Shown here piece by piece: positions 1 through 10,118 of a stretch of DNA of 64,000 nucleotides. Position 1 is the first letter of the stretch. Every line of letters starts with the position of its first letter. The translations under genes were made by a program, and so were the position numbers. Source of the stretch: Polyangiaceae bacterium (lineage in GTDB: Bacteria; Myxococcota_A; Polyangia; Polyangiales; Polyangiaceae). The stretch spans positions 2,848,001 to 2,912,000 of the forward strand of contig CBDCTZ010000016.1 of assembly GCA_965222375.1 (NCBI GenBank), in the 5' to 3' direction. Below the pieces are notes generated by a model. It was given only the letters and a program-made list of their open reading frames with translations, ran no database searches and was not told the DNA's origin.

Positions 1-579
1 GTAAACAACTGCGGCGGATGTGACCGACGCTGTCCCGCTGGGGTCGCCTGCGTCGGCGGGACCTGCCAGTGTCCGCCGGGATCCTTGTTCTGCAAGGGCG
101 GAGCGGGCCAAGCGGGTGTGTGCACGAACCTGGCGACGGACCCGCTGCATTGCGGCACCTGCGCGACCAAGTGCGCCACGGGCAGCTGCGTGGCGGGTCT
201 ATGCAGCGCCTGCTCCGGCGGTACGACTCTATGCGGGACCGGCTGTGTCGATACCTCCAAGGACGCCAAACACTGCGGGGCGTGCAACAACGCTTGTCCT
301 CCCGGCATCGCCTGCTCCCAGGGCAAGTGTGCGTGTCCAGGAGGTCAGACGGGCTGCTCGGGCAAGTGCGTCGACCTACAAACCGACGCCAAGAATTGCG
401 GAGCGTGCAGCGCGTCCTGTCCGACGGGCGTCGCCTGCTCCCAGGGCAAGTGTCAGTGTCCTGGCGGCACGACATTCTGCGGCAGCACGTGCACGAATAC
501 GAATGTTGACCCCAAACATTGCGGTGGTTGCAATGTGGTCTGCTCCAATGGCGCCTGCGTCGGGGGCAAGTGCATCTGA
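1..579 (+). CDS. Cys-rich repeat secreted protein (Stig1-like CxDxxxDxxHCGxCxxxC repeats), 5'-truncated by window edge
   Basis: Frame 1 is open from base 1 (VNNCGGCDRRCP...) to TGA 579; repeated TDPLHCGTC/DAKHCGAC/DAKNCGAC/DPKHCGGC units. Confidence 0.85.
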   Translation, partial: VNNCGGCDRRCPAGVACVGGTCQCPPGSLFCKGGAGQAGVCTNLATDPLHCGTCATKCATGSCVAGLCSACSGGTTLCGTGCVDTSKDAKHCGACNNACPPGIACSQGKCACPGGQTGCSGKCVDLQTDAKNCGACSASCPTGVACSQGKCQCPGGTTFCGSTCTNTNVDPKHCGGCNVVCSNGACVGGKCI

Positions 580-705
580 GCCCAGGAGCAGCAAAGGGAG
601 GCCGGCGAAGGACTCGTCGCGATCAATGCCCGCGAGCAGCTCACCAACCGCCGAGGGCGCGCCTGTGTGCCAGAGCTGCTGCGCCGTCCCCTAGAGGCTG
701 AAGCA

Positions 706-762
706 CAGCTCTGTTGCCACCCCAAACCAGCCAGCTTGTTTTGTTGGAAGGCAACAGAGCTG
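706..762. repeat. 13-bp perfect inverted repeat
   Basis: cagctctgttgcc (706-718) / ggcaacagagctg (750-762). Confidence 0.7.
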
Positions 763-860
763 AATTGCCGCGCCGAGAGACGGCGCGCTCGCTCCCGCCC
801 CTTGTGCGACGCATCACGAGTGCCGCGGCCCGACTCTCCGTCTTCAGATTGGACCTGAGC

Positions 861-887
861 GACTTATATGCATGATACATATAAGTC
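861..887. promoter_or_regulatory. AT-rich palindrome, candidate protein-binding site
   Basis: gacttatatg-N7-catataagtc, perfect 10-bp arms. Confidence 0.5.
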
Positions 888-925
888 TGGCTGGGCTCCG
901 ACTCTTTTGTTCGATTCAGAGGGAA

Positions 926-1078
926 AACAGGAAGGATGGAAGATCGGAAAGGATTGGGGTTTAGGACGCAGCCGACCGCAAAGCTCGACCTTCAGCGCGA
1001 TGCGAGGCCCAGCTCACCCTAGCGATGCCAACCACCCCTCTCTTTCTCTGCCCTTTTCCCCTCTTATGTCTTCCTGTT
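926..1078. repeat. REP/MITE-like element with purine-rich left arm and pyrimidine-rich right arm
   Basis: Termini aacaggaag... / ...cttcctgtt are inverted; imperfect complementarity continues about 35 nt. Confidence 0.5.
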
Positions 1079-1116
1079 GACTCTTTTCTGAGTCGGCGGG
1101 CGCGCTGCTTCGAGGC

Positions 1117-2133
1117 CTACTCGGAAATGCGCAGGACGACTTTGCCGAAGTGTTTCGCGCTTGCGAGGTATTCAAGCGCCTGTCGCGTTTCCGCCAAGGG
1201 GAAGACCTTGTCGACGACGGGAGCGAGCCGGTGTTGCACCGCGGCGGCGATCAGGGCCTCGAAGCTTTCGCGGTGCCCGACCATGATGCCCTGCAGACGT
1301 ACGTTCTGCATCAACATCGGAAGCAAGTTCACATCGCTGGTATTGCCGGCCAGGACGCCGATCACGCTCACCGTCCCTCCAGGCCGTACGGCACGCAGGG
1401 ACTGGGCCAAGGTGCCGCCGCCACCGACCTCGATCACGTGATCGACGCCGTCGCCGCCTGCCAGCTCTTTCGCCTTGCGTCCCCACTCGGGAGTGGACTC
1501 GTAGTTGATGGTCTCGTCGGCGCCGAGCTCTCGAGCGCGCTCGAGCTTTGCGTCGCTCTTGCTGGTCACGATCACTCGCGCGCCGAGCAGCTTCGCGAGC
1601 TGCAGAGCGAAGATCGAGACACCGCCGGTGCCTTGGGTGAGCACGACCTGTCCGGCGGTTACGTGTCCCTGAGTGACCAGTGCGCTCCATGCGGTGACAG
1701 CGGCGCAGGGTAGGGTGGCGGCGGCTTCGTCGGACAGCTCGGTGGGGACTTTCACGAGACCGTGTTCCGAGAGCACCATTTGCTGCGTGAGGGTGCCGTG
1801 CAGCGGGCCGCCAAGGGTGGTCTTCAGGATCGCTTTGTTCGGCTGGCCTGCGATCCAGCCCTGAGCGAAGATCGGACACACCCGGTCTCCGGTTTTGACG
1901 CGAGTCACACCTTCGCCCACTTCGACGACTTCGCCGACGCCGTCGGAGCCGAGCACCAGCGGCAGGGGCTGGCGCGGGTTGTAGTGACCCTTGGCCATCA
2001 GCAGGTCGCGGTAGTTGAGGGATGCCGCACGCATCGCGATGCGCACCTGCTCCAAGCCGATGGACGCCGCGGTCCGCTCTACCAGCTTCACGTTATCCAG
2101 TCCGAACTGACCTTCGACGACGATCGCCTTCAT
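1117..2133 (-). CDS. NAD(P)-dependent medium-chain dehydrogenase/reductase (zinc-type ADH/quinone oxidoreductase family)
   Basis: SLNYRD, GSDGVGEV, TLPCAAVTAW, QGTGGVS, HFGKVV motifs; start taken at MKAIVV. Confidence 0.92.
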   Translation of the reverse strand: MKAIVVEGQFGLDNVKLVERTAASIGLEQVRIAMRAASLNYRDLLMAKGHYNPRQPLPLVLGSDGVGEVVEVGEGVTRVKTGDRVCPIFAQGWIAGQPNKAILKTTLGGPLHGTLTQQMVLSEHGLVKVPTELSDEAAATLPCAAVTAWSALVTQGHVTAGQVVLTQGTGGVSIFALQLAKLLGARVIVTSKSDAKLERARELGADETINYESTPEWGRKAKELAGGDGVDHVIEVGGGGTLAQSLRAVRPGGTVSVIGVLAGNTSDVNLLPMLMQNVRLQGIMVGHRESFEALIAAAVQHRLAPVVDKVFPLAETRQALEYLASAKHFGKVVLRISE

Positions 2134-2252
2134 GCAGCTGAACATAGACGCTCCGTCTTCGGCAGGAAGGACAAAACTGCGGCGGGCTTTCCAGCGATTG
2201 CCAAGCAGTCAGATCCGGCTGCCCGTGCTACTTTCCGGCTCAGCTGATTTTC

Positions 2253-4650
2253 GTGCACCGACGAACACTCCCCTTCAGTGGCGCCTGGCTTGGGATCGCG
2301 GCCCTAGCGATGGTGTGCTTTTCTGCCTGTCCGTCGCCCCGAGAGCCCGAGGCGCCGGTTGGCCCGCACGAAATCTCTCGCAATGGGGTCACCGTACGCC
2401 TGATTGATCCCGGCAGCCCGGCCTGGGGGACGGGCGCGAGCAATGGCGACGCCCTGATGCAGTCCCAGAGCCTGCGCGCCGTGATCGCGTCGGCTGCGTC
2501 GCCCCGTCCCGGGGCGCTGGTCGATCTCGCCCACGGCGGCTGGGAGACGGACGCTCTCAAACAGCTCAGCGTCGTCGTATCCGTTGCAGGCAAGCCCGTG
2601 GCGCTGAAGGTGGACGCAGTGGAGTTGGATAGTCAGGGCTCGACGCCCGGTGTGCGCGTGCGCCACTCGTCCAAACATCCGGCTCTGAGCGTTGTTACCC
2701 GGTTTGGTTTGTCTCGCGACTCCGCTCGGGTCGACATCGAGTCGCGCCTGACTGCGGGGCAAGCGCTGAGTGGCGTACGCCTGGGTGACCAACTGCAGTG
2801 GTTTGGGGCGCCGCTGTTCATTCCGGGCGCCGGCTTCCTAGAAACCCCCAAGCAGGTCACTTCGCGCTGGGCGGCACTCGTCGGCGAGCAGGCCAGCTAC
2901 AGCTTGCTTTCCCGGGACCCCCTTCACTGGGATGCGGGCTCCGCCCGGGGCGAGCGCCTGCAGACCGCGTGGACCAAAGCCGCAGCCCTTGCGCGGGGGG
3001 GGGAGCTTGATCTCTCGCCGCAAACTGCTGATGGCACCGGGGGGACTGGCCGCGGTGAGTGCACGCGCCTGGGCTGAGTTGCGCGCGCCCAGTGGGCGGC
3101 TTCGGGTGGCGCTTTCGTCCATGCCCCTGTGGGCCGTGGTCGAAGTTCACCGCGCGGGCGGCGGGCTCTACTTCGCCGGCCCACCGGGGCCCAAAGGTGT
3201 GCTTTCGGTGCAGCTGCCCGTGGGGGAATACCGCGTGGTGCTGAGGGCACCGGGTGGTCGGGATGAGTTCTTCGCCAAAGTGATCGACAATCGCGATTCC
3301 TTCGCCAACTTGATCGCGCCCACGGCGTCGAAGCTGGCGTTCACGGTGACAGAGGCATCCGGCGCCTCCATTGCCGCAAGGCTGGACCTGCGTGGTGTTC
3401 CGCCAACGCCAGACCCTGACTTGGGTTCGCCCCACTATGCTGGCGGCGCCAAGACAAGCGTGTACACCGCGACGGGTCAGGGTGAGATCGCGCTACCTGC
3501 GGGACGATACTCGGTGCTGGTGTCACATGGTCCGGAGTATTCCATCGCGCGAAGCGAAGTCGTGGTCACCAAGCGCGACGGAGCCGTGTTGCGAGAGAGC
3601 CTCGAGCGTGTGATCCGCCTCGATTCTCATTTGCCTAGCGATTTTCACCTGCACGCGCTGCCCAGTGGCGACTCCCTCATTACGCTGTCGGATCGCATTG
3701 TTTCGCTGCTGGCAGAAGACGTGCGCTTCGCCGTCGCGACGGATCACAACGAGGTTACGGACTATTCGCCGACCGTGGCCGCCTCCCCGCGTCCCCAGGC
3801 CATCATGACCGAGATCGGCTGCGAAGTGACCACCAACGATTGGGGGCACTTCAATGTGTTCCCGTACCCGCTGCACGAGCCGCTGCCGGACCTGTTTGCG
3901 CCGCCAAAGAAGCTGTTCTCGGCGCTGCGTCGCGCAGCGCCTGGGGTGCTGATCCAGGTGAATCACCCACGCATGCAGCCACGGATTGGCTATTTCAATC
4001 TCGGTAGGCTCGACGCGCGCCGGGCGGTAGCGGCCAACCCGGAGTTTTCCTGGGACTTCGATACGATCGAGGTGTTCAACGGCTTCGACCTGGCCAACCC
4101 GCCCGAGGTGGAGCGCAACTTGCGCGACTGGCTTCAGCTCATGAACCGCGGCCGTCGCTACGTTGCTGTCGGCAGCAGCGACTCTCATCGCCTCGACACC
4201 CAGTTTGCGGGTTACCCCAGAACCTACGTTCGGGTGGAGGCGGACGCCTCGCGTTCGCTGTCCGCGCGGGTCGTGGCCGCGGTGAAAGCGGGCCGGGCGT
4301 TCGTGACGAACGGGCCGCTACTGGAGCTCAAGCTGGGCGATGCAGTCGTTGGCGATATGGTGACGACATCGGCCGCAGAAGTGAACGTGTCCTTGCGGGT
4401 CTTGGCGGCCCCTTGGGTTGCGGTCGACAGCGTGCAACTTTTGGTCAACGGAGTTCCGGTCGAAAGCGCGCCGGTGCCGGATGGTGGGGGCAAGACTGAG
4501 CGGCTCGTACTGAAGCGCACACTGAAAGTGAAGAAGGGGCGCAGCAGCATCATCGCCATCGCGCGGGGATCCGAGCCCCTCGTCGTGCTCAACGGGCTCG
4601 AGGCGTTGCCCTTTGCTTTCACCAACCCGGTTTTCGTCGAGCGCAAGTGA
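2253..4650 (+). CDS. Lipoprotein with C-terminal PHP-fold (CehA/McbA-like) metallohydrolase, frameshifted at G9 run 2995-3003
   Basis: ORF 2253-3077 (signal peptide, FSAC lipobox) and ORF 2932-4650 (DFHLH, TDHN, GHFN, NHP, SDSH) join in frame if one G is removed. Confidence 0.75.
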
Positions 4651-4694
4651 GGCCCGGATCAGCGCCGCGGGGAGCTGGGACTGCTGTGCAGGGG

Positions 4695-7325
4695 CTAGGC
4701 AATTTTCGGAAAGGCTTCACGCTCCAAGCGCGCCAGCGCCAGGTAAGCCACCCGCACGTCGATGGGCCGCTCGCGCACTACTTGGTGAAGGTGACTGCGC
4801 AATAGGGACAAGCTGCTCTCAGGCAGTCGATCCAGGCGGTCGACGCGGGCCAGGGGTTCCAGGGCGCGAATCAATTGGTGTTCGGGTGCGGCGACGAGCC
4901 AGCGCACCGCGAGCTCTGGCGTTTCGAAGAGCCAGCGGCGCAACGCGCGCTGCACGGCTGGAGCCCCACGCTGCCAGGCGACGAGGGCGCCAGGTTCGGG
5001 TAGGCCCGGGGAAGCGTCGAGCAGGGCGCGCAGGGCGCGCAGCGGCAATGCTGTCCACAGGGCGATCTGGGAGCCGGCTGGAAGGTCGGCCAGTTGGGCT
5101 GCCAAGCTTGCGACGACTTCTTCGGACAGGCTGCCCAGCAAGGAAACGAGATCGTGATCGTCGCGCTGAAGCAGTTGCAGGAGCTGCTCTTCGGTCGCGT
5201 GCTTCCAGAGGGTGTGGGACGATTCGAGTTCAGGGTCGAGCAGAGAGCCCGAGAGCTTGGGTGCGCCCGCGAGCTTCCAGGCGGCGATCACGGATTGAGC
5301 GAACGCGGCCTCTCCGAGTGCGCTCCGGCCGGCGAGGGGCAACAGCGCGACGAAGTCTGCTGCAACCAGGGGCACGAGTGAGGACCATTGCAGCTTGCGT
5401 TCGGTTGCCAGTTCGATGGCGCGCCCGGGTAGTTGGAGCCTATGCCAGCTGCCCTTCGAATCGCATGAGCGGCCTGCGTGTCGCCTGAGCCGGTCGACCA
5501 AGGCCACGGCGGCCACGTGCAAGCCCAGGTCCTTGAAGGGGCCGTCCACGGCGCTCGCGATGGAATCCAGGAGTCGGTCTGATGGCATCGACTTGTCTGA
5601 GCCCCAAGGGTTGAGCTCGCTGGGCGGTCCTGCGCGGCGTCGACCCAATTCCAGATTCACGCTTTCCGTCAGCGCCAGCATGGCAAGGTGAAACCAGCCG
5701 TCGGCGAGGGGTGCGTCGTCTGACGCGGCGCATGCCAGTCGCGGTAAGGGCGGCTGCTCGGGCAAATCCACCCAGAGCGCGCGCGCTTCCTCCAGCAGCG
5801 CGGCAACCTGCTCGGCGTCGAAGCTGTCTTGCAAGGCGATGGCGAGCCCGACCGCGCGTGCTTCCGTTTCCAGGGCTGCCATGGCCGCAGCGCTGTCTTC
5901 CGCGCCCAAATTCGTGGTGTCCAGGCGAACCTCGCCGCTGCGGCGAGCGCGCGCCAAGCACGCGCTCATGGCTCGGCCTTGGGTCTCCGGTGCTAGCAAG
6001 GCTTCACCCCACTCGAAACCGGAGCCCTGGATGAGCTGTTCGAAGGCTTCCTGCTCTGCCACGCGCACGAGCCACTGGGGGCGCAGCACGAACTGCTCAT
6101 GGCTCGTCTTGGTCAGGATCTCGCTCGCCTGCAAAGCGCGCAGGATGCGAAACGCACCCGGAGGGACGCGGCGCGCGGCGCGTTCGACCTCTCGGGCGGA
6201 TAGACCCGCCTTTTCGTTGGTCAACGAGAGCCGCATCCAATCCAAGTCCGGACCACGGCGATGTTCTTCGGGCACGAGCTCGAGCCACTCGTCCATGCTC
6301 CGCGGCGCAGTCAGGCCGTGCCTGCCATCGGTTAGCGCACGCGCCACGAAAGGCATGAACACATCACTGACATGGCGCGCGAGCCACGCCGCGTCTTCAC
6401 TGCCCCGCTCTCTGGCTTCGAGCAGTTTGCGACGAACCTGTCGCTCGAGAAGCTGGGCGCGGGACTTGCCGATCACTTCTCGACTGCCGAACTCGTCCAG
6501 TAGCCCGCATAGCCCGAGCACGGTGCCAAAGGTGTGCTCGCGCTCTGCTATGGGTTCGAGTTGCGAAAGCCAGTCCAGAGCCGTATCCACATCGAAGTGG
6601 CCGTCGGCGGGTAGGCGCTGTGCCATCCACAACACCAGATCTGGGATGAACTGGCTTGGCGCCGGTGCGCCGATGACTTCGAAGCCGTTTTCTTGGACGA
6701 AGGCGTGGGGAATGAAGCTCGCAGCGATGCACACGCCGTCGCGGGCCCAGGGCAGGAGTAGCGCGGTGCGCACGCGCTCCGGCAGCTCCAGGTAGGCTGG
6801 ACTTCGGCCGCGCTGGGACTCGAGGGACTCACGGAACGCGAGGGCTCGGGCGGCAAGCCAGCGGCCGGCCAGAGTTCGGCCCGAGCCGCTGGGCGCGTGC
6901 CACCACAGCCGCCCCCAGCTCGAGGGCTCGCTGAGCCGACTCGGGATCCCTGGTGGCAACCCTTCGTCGAGCAGGTCCAGTGCTCGGGCGAAGCGCGCAT
7001 CGTGGAAGCGGACGCGACGCGTTGCGTCATTGTCTATGCGATGGGGTCGAGCGGCCGAGTGGAAGTCTGTCAGCCCACAGCCGAGCAGCCGCGCAAACAC
7101 GGCTCCACATTCTGGGCGCATGTTCAGCCAGTCGAGGTCGAGCTCCCGATCGAATCTGGACAGCAGCGAGGCTAACGAGCGGTGCTGCACCACGACGTCT
7201 GCTGGCCAACCCGAATCCGCCAAGGACCGTTTGGCCAGCTGGCCGAAACTGCGAATCGGGGGGCTCGCCTGATTCATGAGGTCGCGTAGCCAGCCCAAAG
7301 GACGCGCAGGATAGCATATTCCCAT
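4695..7325 (-). CDS. Large hypothetical protein with possible N-terminal helical DNA-binding region and degenerate P-loop (APSGSGRT)
   Basis: 876-aa ORF; start may be MNQASPP (~7278). Confidence 0.75.
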   Translation of the reverse strand: MGICYPARPLGWLRDLMNQASPPIRSFGQLAKRSLADSGWPADVVVQHRSLASLLSRFDRELDLDWLNMRPECGAVFARLLGCGLTDFHSAARPHRIDNDATRRVRFHDARFARALDLLDEGLPPGIPSRLSEPSSWGRLWWHAPSGSGRTLAGRWLAARALAFRESLESQRGRSPAYLELPERVRTALLLPWARDGVCIAASFIPHAFVQENGFEVIGAPAPSQFIPDLVLWMAQRLPADGHFDVDTALDWLSQLEPIAEREHTFGTVLGLCGLLDEFGSREVIGKSRAQLLERQVRRKLLEARERGSEDAAWLARHVSDVFMPFVARALTDGRHGLTAPRSMDEWLELVPEEHRRGPDLDWMRLSLTNEKAGLSAREVERAARRVPPGAFRILRALQASEILTKTSHEQFVLRPQWLVRVAEQEAFEQLIQGSGFEWGEALLAPETQGRAMSACLARARRSGEVRLDTTNLGAEDSAAAMAALETEARAVGLAIALQDSFDAEQVAALLEEARALWVDLPEQPPLPRLACAASDDAPLADGWFHLAMLALTESVNLELGRRRAGPPSELNPWGSDKSMPSDRLLDSIASAVDGPFKDLGLHVAAVALVDRLRRHAGRSCDSKGSWHRLQLPGRAIELATERKLQWSSLVPLVAADFVALLPLAGRSALGEAAFAQSVIAAWKLAGAPKLSGSLLDPELESSHTLWKHATEEQLLQLLQRDDHDLVSLLGSLSEEVVASLAAQLADLPAGSQIALWTALPLRALRALLDASPGLPEPGALVAWQRGAPAVQRALRRWLFETPELAVRWLVAAPEHQLIRALEPLARVDRLDRLPESSLSLLRSHLHQVVRERPIDVRVAYLALARLEREAFPKIA

Positions 7326-7346
7326 CCAAGTTGCATTCGATACGCA

Positions 7347-7377
7347 TTATGCATCAATCTTGCAGATTGATGCATAA
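7347..7377. promoter_or_regulatory. Perfect 14-bp inverted repeat in AT-rich promoter region, candidate operator
   Basis: ttatgcatcaatct-tgc-agattgatgcataa just upstream of the 876-aa gene. Confidence 0.65.
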
Positions 7378-7725
7378 ATAGATAATAAAAACCGATAATT
7401 AGCCCAATCTATAAGAGCAGTTACACTCGTTGTTGGTTACGGTTCTTAGGGAATAGAACTATAGGCCGGCGGGCCGATTCGTCGCGCCACCGGCTCTCGT
7501 CCACGCCCGCGCCTCCAACGGCCCATCAGCTTGGCCCCGCCGTCCCAGCGCCGTCACGGATGTCTCTTCGCCAGCCCCAAGGTAAACCCAGCTTGGTTTC
7601 GGAGCGCTGTGGTGACCGACGGAACCGCGGGGGACAGCGCTAGCTGACTGCGCAGGTGTTTCGTACGTGCGGCCCTGAGCAGATGCTGAGTAGCGGCGAA
7701 ACCACTGTCAGATCGGATTACAGCG

Positions 7726-8157
7726 TCACTGGATGGGCCGCCAGCCGCCCTCGTGCAGCTGCAGGACGTAGCGTCCGCCGGCTTCGAGGCGCAGCTTGGT
7801 GATGCGCTGCTCACGCTCGCCGTCCCGGGCAACGACTCGTACGTCGTAGCGGCCAGGTGCCGAGATCGGGACCGGTACTTTCCCACCCAGCTCGAGGCCG
7901 GAGCGGAGCAGATCGTCCCCCCAGAGTTGAGCCTGCTCTGGGGAGCCGGACTCGAAGGCCTTGCGCCCCGCCGCCGCCACGTCCTTGGATTCCGCCAAGT
8001 AGAGGTTGTTGACGATGGTCTTGGTTCGGTTCTCCACCTCGAAGCTGACCGGGCCCGACCCCTTGGGGGTGCCGAGGCTTTTTAGCTTCGAGCTGGGGCC
8101 GGAGGCGCAGGCGACTGCGAGCAGGAATGAGAGTCCGAGTAGAGTGCGGCGCTTCAC
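7726..8157 (-). CDS. Hypothetical lipoprotein
   Basis: MKRRTLLGLSFLLAVAC lipobox. Confidence 0.8.
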   Translation of the reverse strand: MKRRTLLGLSFLLAVACASGPSSKLKSLGTPKGSGPVSFEVENRTKTIVNNLYLAESKDVAAAGRKAFESGSPEQAQLWGDDLLRSGLELGGKVPVPISAPGRYDVRVVARDGEREQRITKLRLEAGGRYVLQLHEGGWRPIQ

Positions 8158-8220
8158 GCGTGCAAGACTACCCCTACGTCCCGGCTACGTTCAATGCTCC
8201 GGCCGGAGACCTGGCGATAC

Positions 8221-8409
8221 TCATAGGTTCGTTGCCATCAAAATGGCCTGAATCAACAAGATCGCGATGATCGGGAAGAGCATCCAGATGTATCGAGACT
8301 GCAGCTCCCCCCCGACCACGATCAACTCGCGGATCTCCTTGAGTAGCACGACGATTTGCTCATTGGAGTCCAGCTCCTTGGACTGCTTGTCGTTGTCCTC
8401 TTCCGTCAC
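8221..8409 (-). CDS. Small membrane protein
   Basis: GGAGG RBS, acidic N-terminus, C-terminal hydrophobic helix. Confidence 0.65.
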   Translation of the reverse strand: MTEEDNDKQSKELDSNEQIVVLLKEIRELIVVGGELQSRYIWMLFPIIAILLIQAILMATNL

Positions 8410-8533
8410 TTCGTCCTCCGGGGTCGCCAGATCTTCTACGACTTCGCGGGATCATGCACCCTGAATCCTCTCTGCAGCAAAAAACGCACGCTTTCGGCGG
8501 AATCACGCGGAGTTAGGGGCTAGATTCCCCCGT

Positions 8534-9502
8534 GTGAGTCCTCCGCACTCGGCCCAGATCTCTGAAGCGGTGCGCGTGCTCGTGGCGGGCGGCGTCGTCG
8601 CTTTCCCCACCGAGACCGTCTACGGCTTAGGCGCGGATGCCACTCGGGATGACGCGGTCGCCAAGATCTTCGACCTCAAGGGTCGGCCCCGCAATCACCC
8701 CTTGATCATCCATCTCGCCGCTCCTGACTGGCTGGCCCGGTGGACCACCGCGGCGCCTCGGATGGCTCACCAGCTGGCCGAGGCATTCTGGCCCGGTCCC
8801 CTGACCTTGGTGCTCGCCCCCGCGCCGGCCATTTCGGAGCTGGTAACCGCGGAACAAGGCTCCGTCGCCGTGCGGGTGCCACAGCACCCCCTAGCCCGGC
8901 AGCTCATTGGCAGGCTAGGCCGCCCAGTCGCGGCACCGTCCGCGAACCGTTTCGGCAAACTAAGCCCCACCACGGCAGAACATGTCCGCCAAGAGTTTGG
9001 TCAAGTCGTGCCCATCGTCGACGGCGGAGCCTGCGGGGTCGGTGTCGAGAGCACGATCGTGGACGTCACCGCAGATCCGCCGCGCATCTTACGACCCGGG
9101 GGTGTCACTACGGAGGCCCTACAGGACTGCACGGGTGTGGCTTTCTCATACCGGGAGGATTCACGGCTTCGTGTTCCAGGAGCCTTGGCGTCCCACTATG
9201 CGCCCAAGGCGGTTGTGCAGTTGGTTCCCTCGGATCAGTTGGTCGAGGTGGCGAGCGCATTGGCCGCGGGGGGCACCCGCGTCGGCGTGCTCCTATTCGG
9301 CGCCCACGCCCAGCTGGAAGGGAACATCGAGCGGGTGACGCTGCCCGCTGAAGCCGAGCAAGCCGCTCGTGGTTTGTACTCGGCACTGCGGCAGCTCGAC
9401 GAGCGCGGCTGCGAACGCATCTTGGCGAGCCTGCCGCCGGAAACGGGAGTCGGTCGAGCCATTGCAGACCGCTTGCGAAAAGCAGCGGGGCCACGATCTT
9501 GA
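8534..9502 (+). CDS. sua5: L-threonylcarbamoyladenylate synthase (Sua5/TsaC2)
   Basis: PTETVYGL, KGRP..PLI, APSAN, C-terminal SUA5 domain (HYAP...DRLRKAA). Confidence 0.95.
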   Translation: MSPPHSAQISEAVRVLVAGGVVAFPTETVYGLGADATRDDAVAKIFDLKGRPRNHPLIIHLAAPDWLARWTTAAPRMAHQLAEAFWPGPLTLVLAPAPAISELVTAEQGSVAVRVPQHPLARQLIGRLGRPVAAPSANRFGKLSPTTAEHVRQEFGQVVPIVDGGACGVGVESTIVDVTADPPRILRPGGVTTEALQDCTGVAFSYREDSRLRVPGALASHYAPKAVVQLVPSDQLVEVASALAAGGTRVGVLLFGAHAQLEGNIERVTLPAEAEQAARGLYSALRQLDERGCERILASLPPETGVGRAIADRLRKAAGPRS

Positions 9503-9542
9503 ATCTGCCCCACCGCGGGCTGCCCTAGCGTAGACTTGGCGC

Positions 9543-10118
9543 GTGCTACTCTCGCGCAGAGGGGCCCTATCGGTGGGGGGCGTCGCGGGCTTGCTCCTTC
9601 TCGGAGTGGGGGCCGCGCGCTTGCGATCTCTGGGGCCGGTGCAGCCTCATGGGGACTTCTTGGTCATCGGTCGTACCGAGCAGCGAGTGCTGGAAGCGCT
9701 GACGAGCGCGTTGTTTCCCAAGGATGGCGCGCTGCCGGGTGGGCTCGACTTGGGCGTCGTGCGCGACGTGGACGAGCAACTCTGGGCGGCGCAGCCGTCT
9801 CTACGGGCGGAGGTCCTGTCGGCCATCCTGCTCGTCGAGTATGTACCTCCGGTCTTCGGCCGCTGGGGGAAGTTCACCGCCCTGTCGAACGCGGATCGCG
9901 CTGCAGTGTTCGAGGCCATGCTCCGATCCAAACGCGATCTGCTTGCGCAGGTTGCGGTTGGGCTGAGGCAGATCCTGAGCATCATCTACTACGCCAAGCC
10001 GGCAACCTGGACCGTGATTGGCTACGACGGACCCTGGATCAAGAAAGCCAAGCCGCCGCCGAGCGCCATCCGCTACGTGCACCTGGTCAAGACTCGCAGA
10101 GAGGAGCAGGCCCCGTGA
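9543..10118 (+). CDS. Tat-signal small partner subunit (gluconate 2-dehydrogenase subunit 3-like)
   Basis: SRRGAL twin-arginine signal, C-terminal IGYDGP; stop overlaps GMC start (GTGA). Confidence 0.75.
   Translation: MLLSRRGALSVGGVAGLLLLGVGAARLRSLGPVQPHGDFLVIGRTEQRVLEALTSALFPKDGALPGGLDLGVVRDVDEQLWAAQPSLRAEVLSAILLVEYVPPVFGRWGKFTALSNADRAAVFEAMLRSKRDLLAQVAVGLRQILSIIYYAKPATWTVIGYDGPWIKKAKPPPSAIRYVHLVKTRREEQAP

Noticed and set aside
7560..7710. Structured RNA or c-di-GMP riboswitch (ggtaaac..., agcgctgt/acagcgct stem)
   Set aside because: Lacks the full conserved motif and lies downstream of a convergent gene; would need an Rfam search
9536..10114. N-terminal extension of the 719-aa GMC ORF
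   Set aside because: Overlaps the real Tat-signal gene in another frame; true start is GTG 10115
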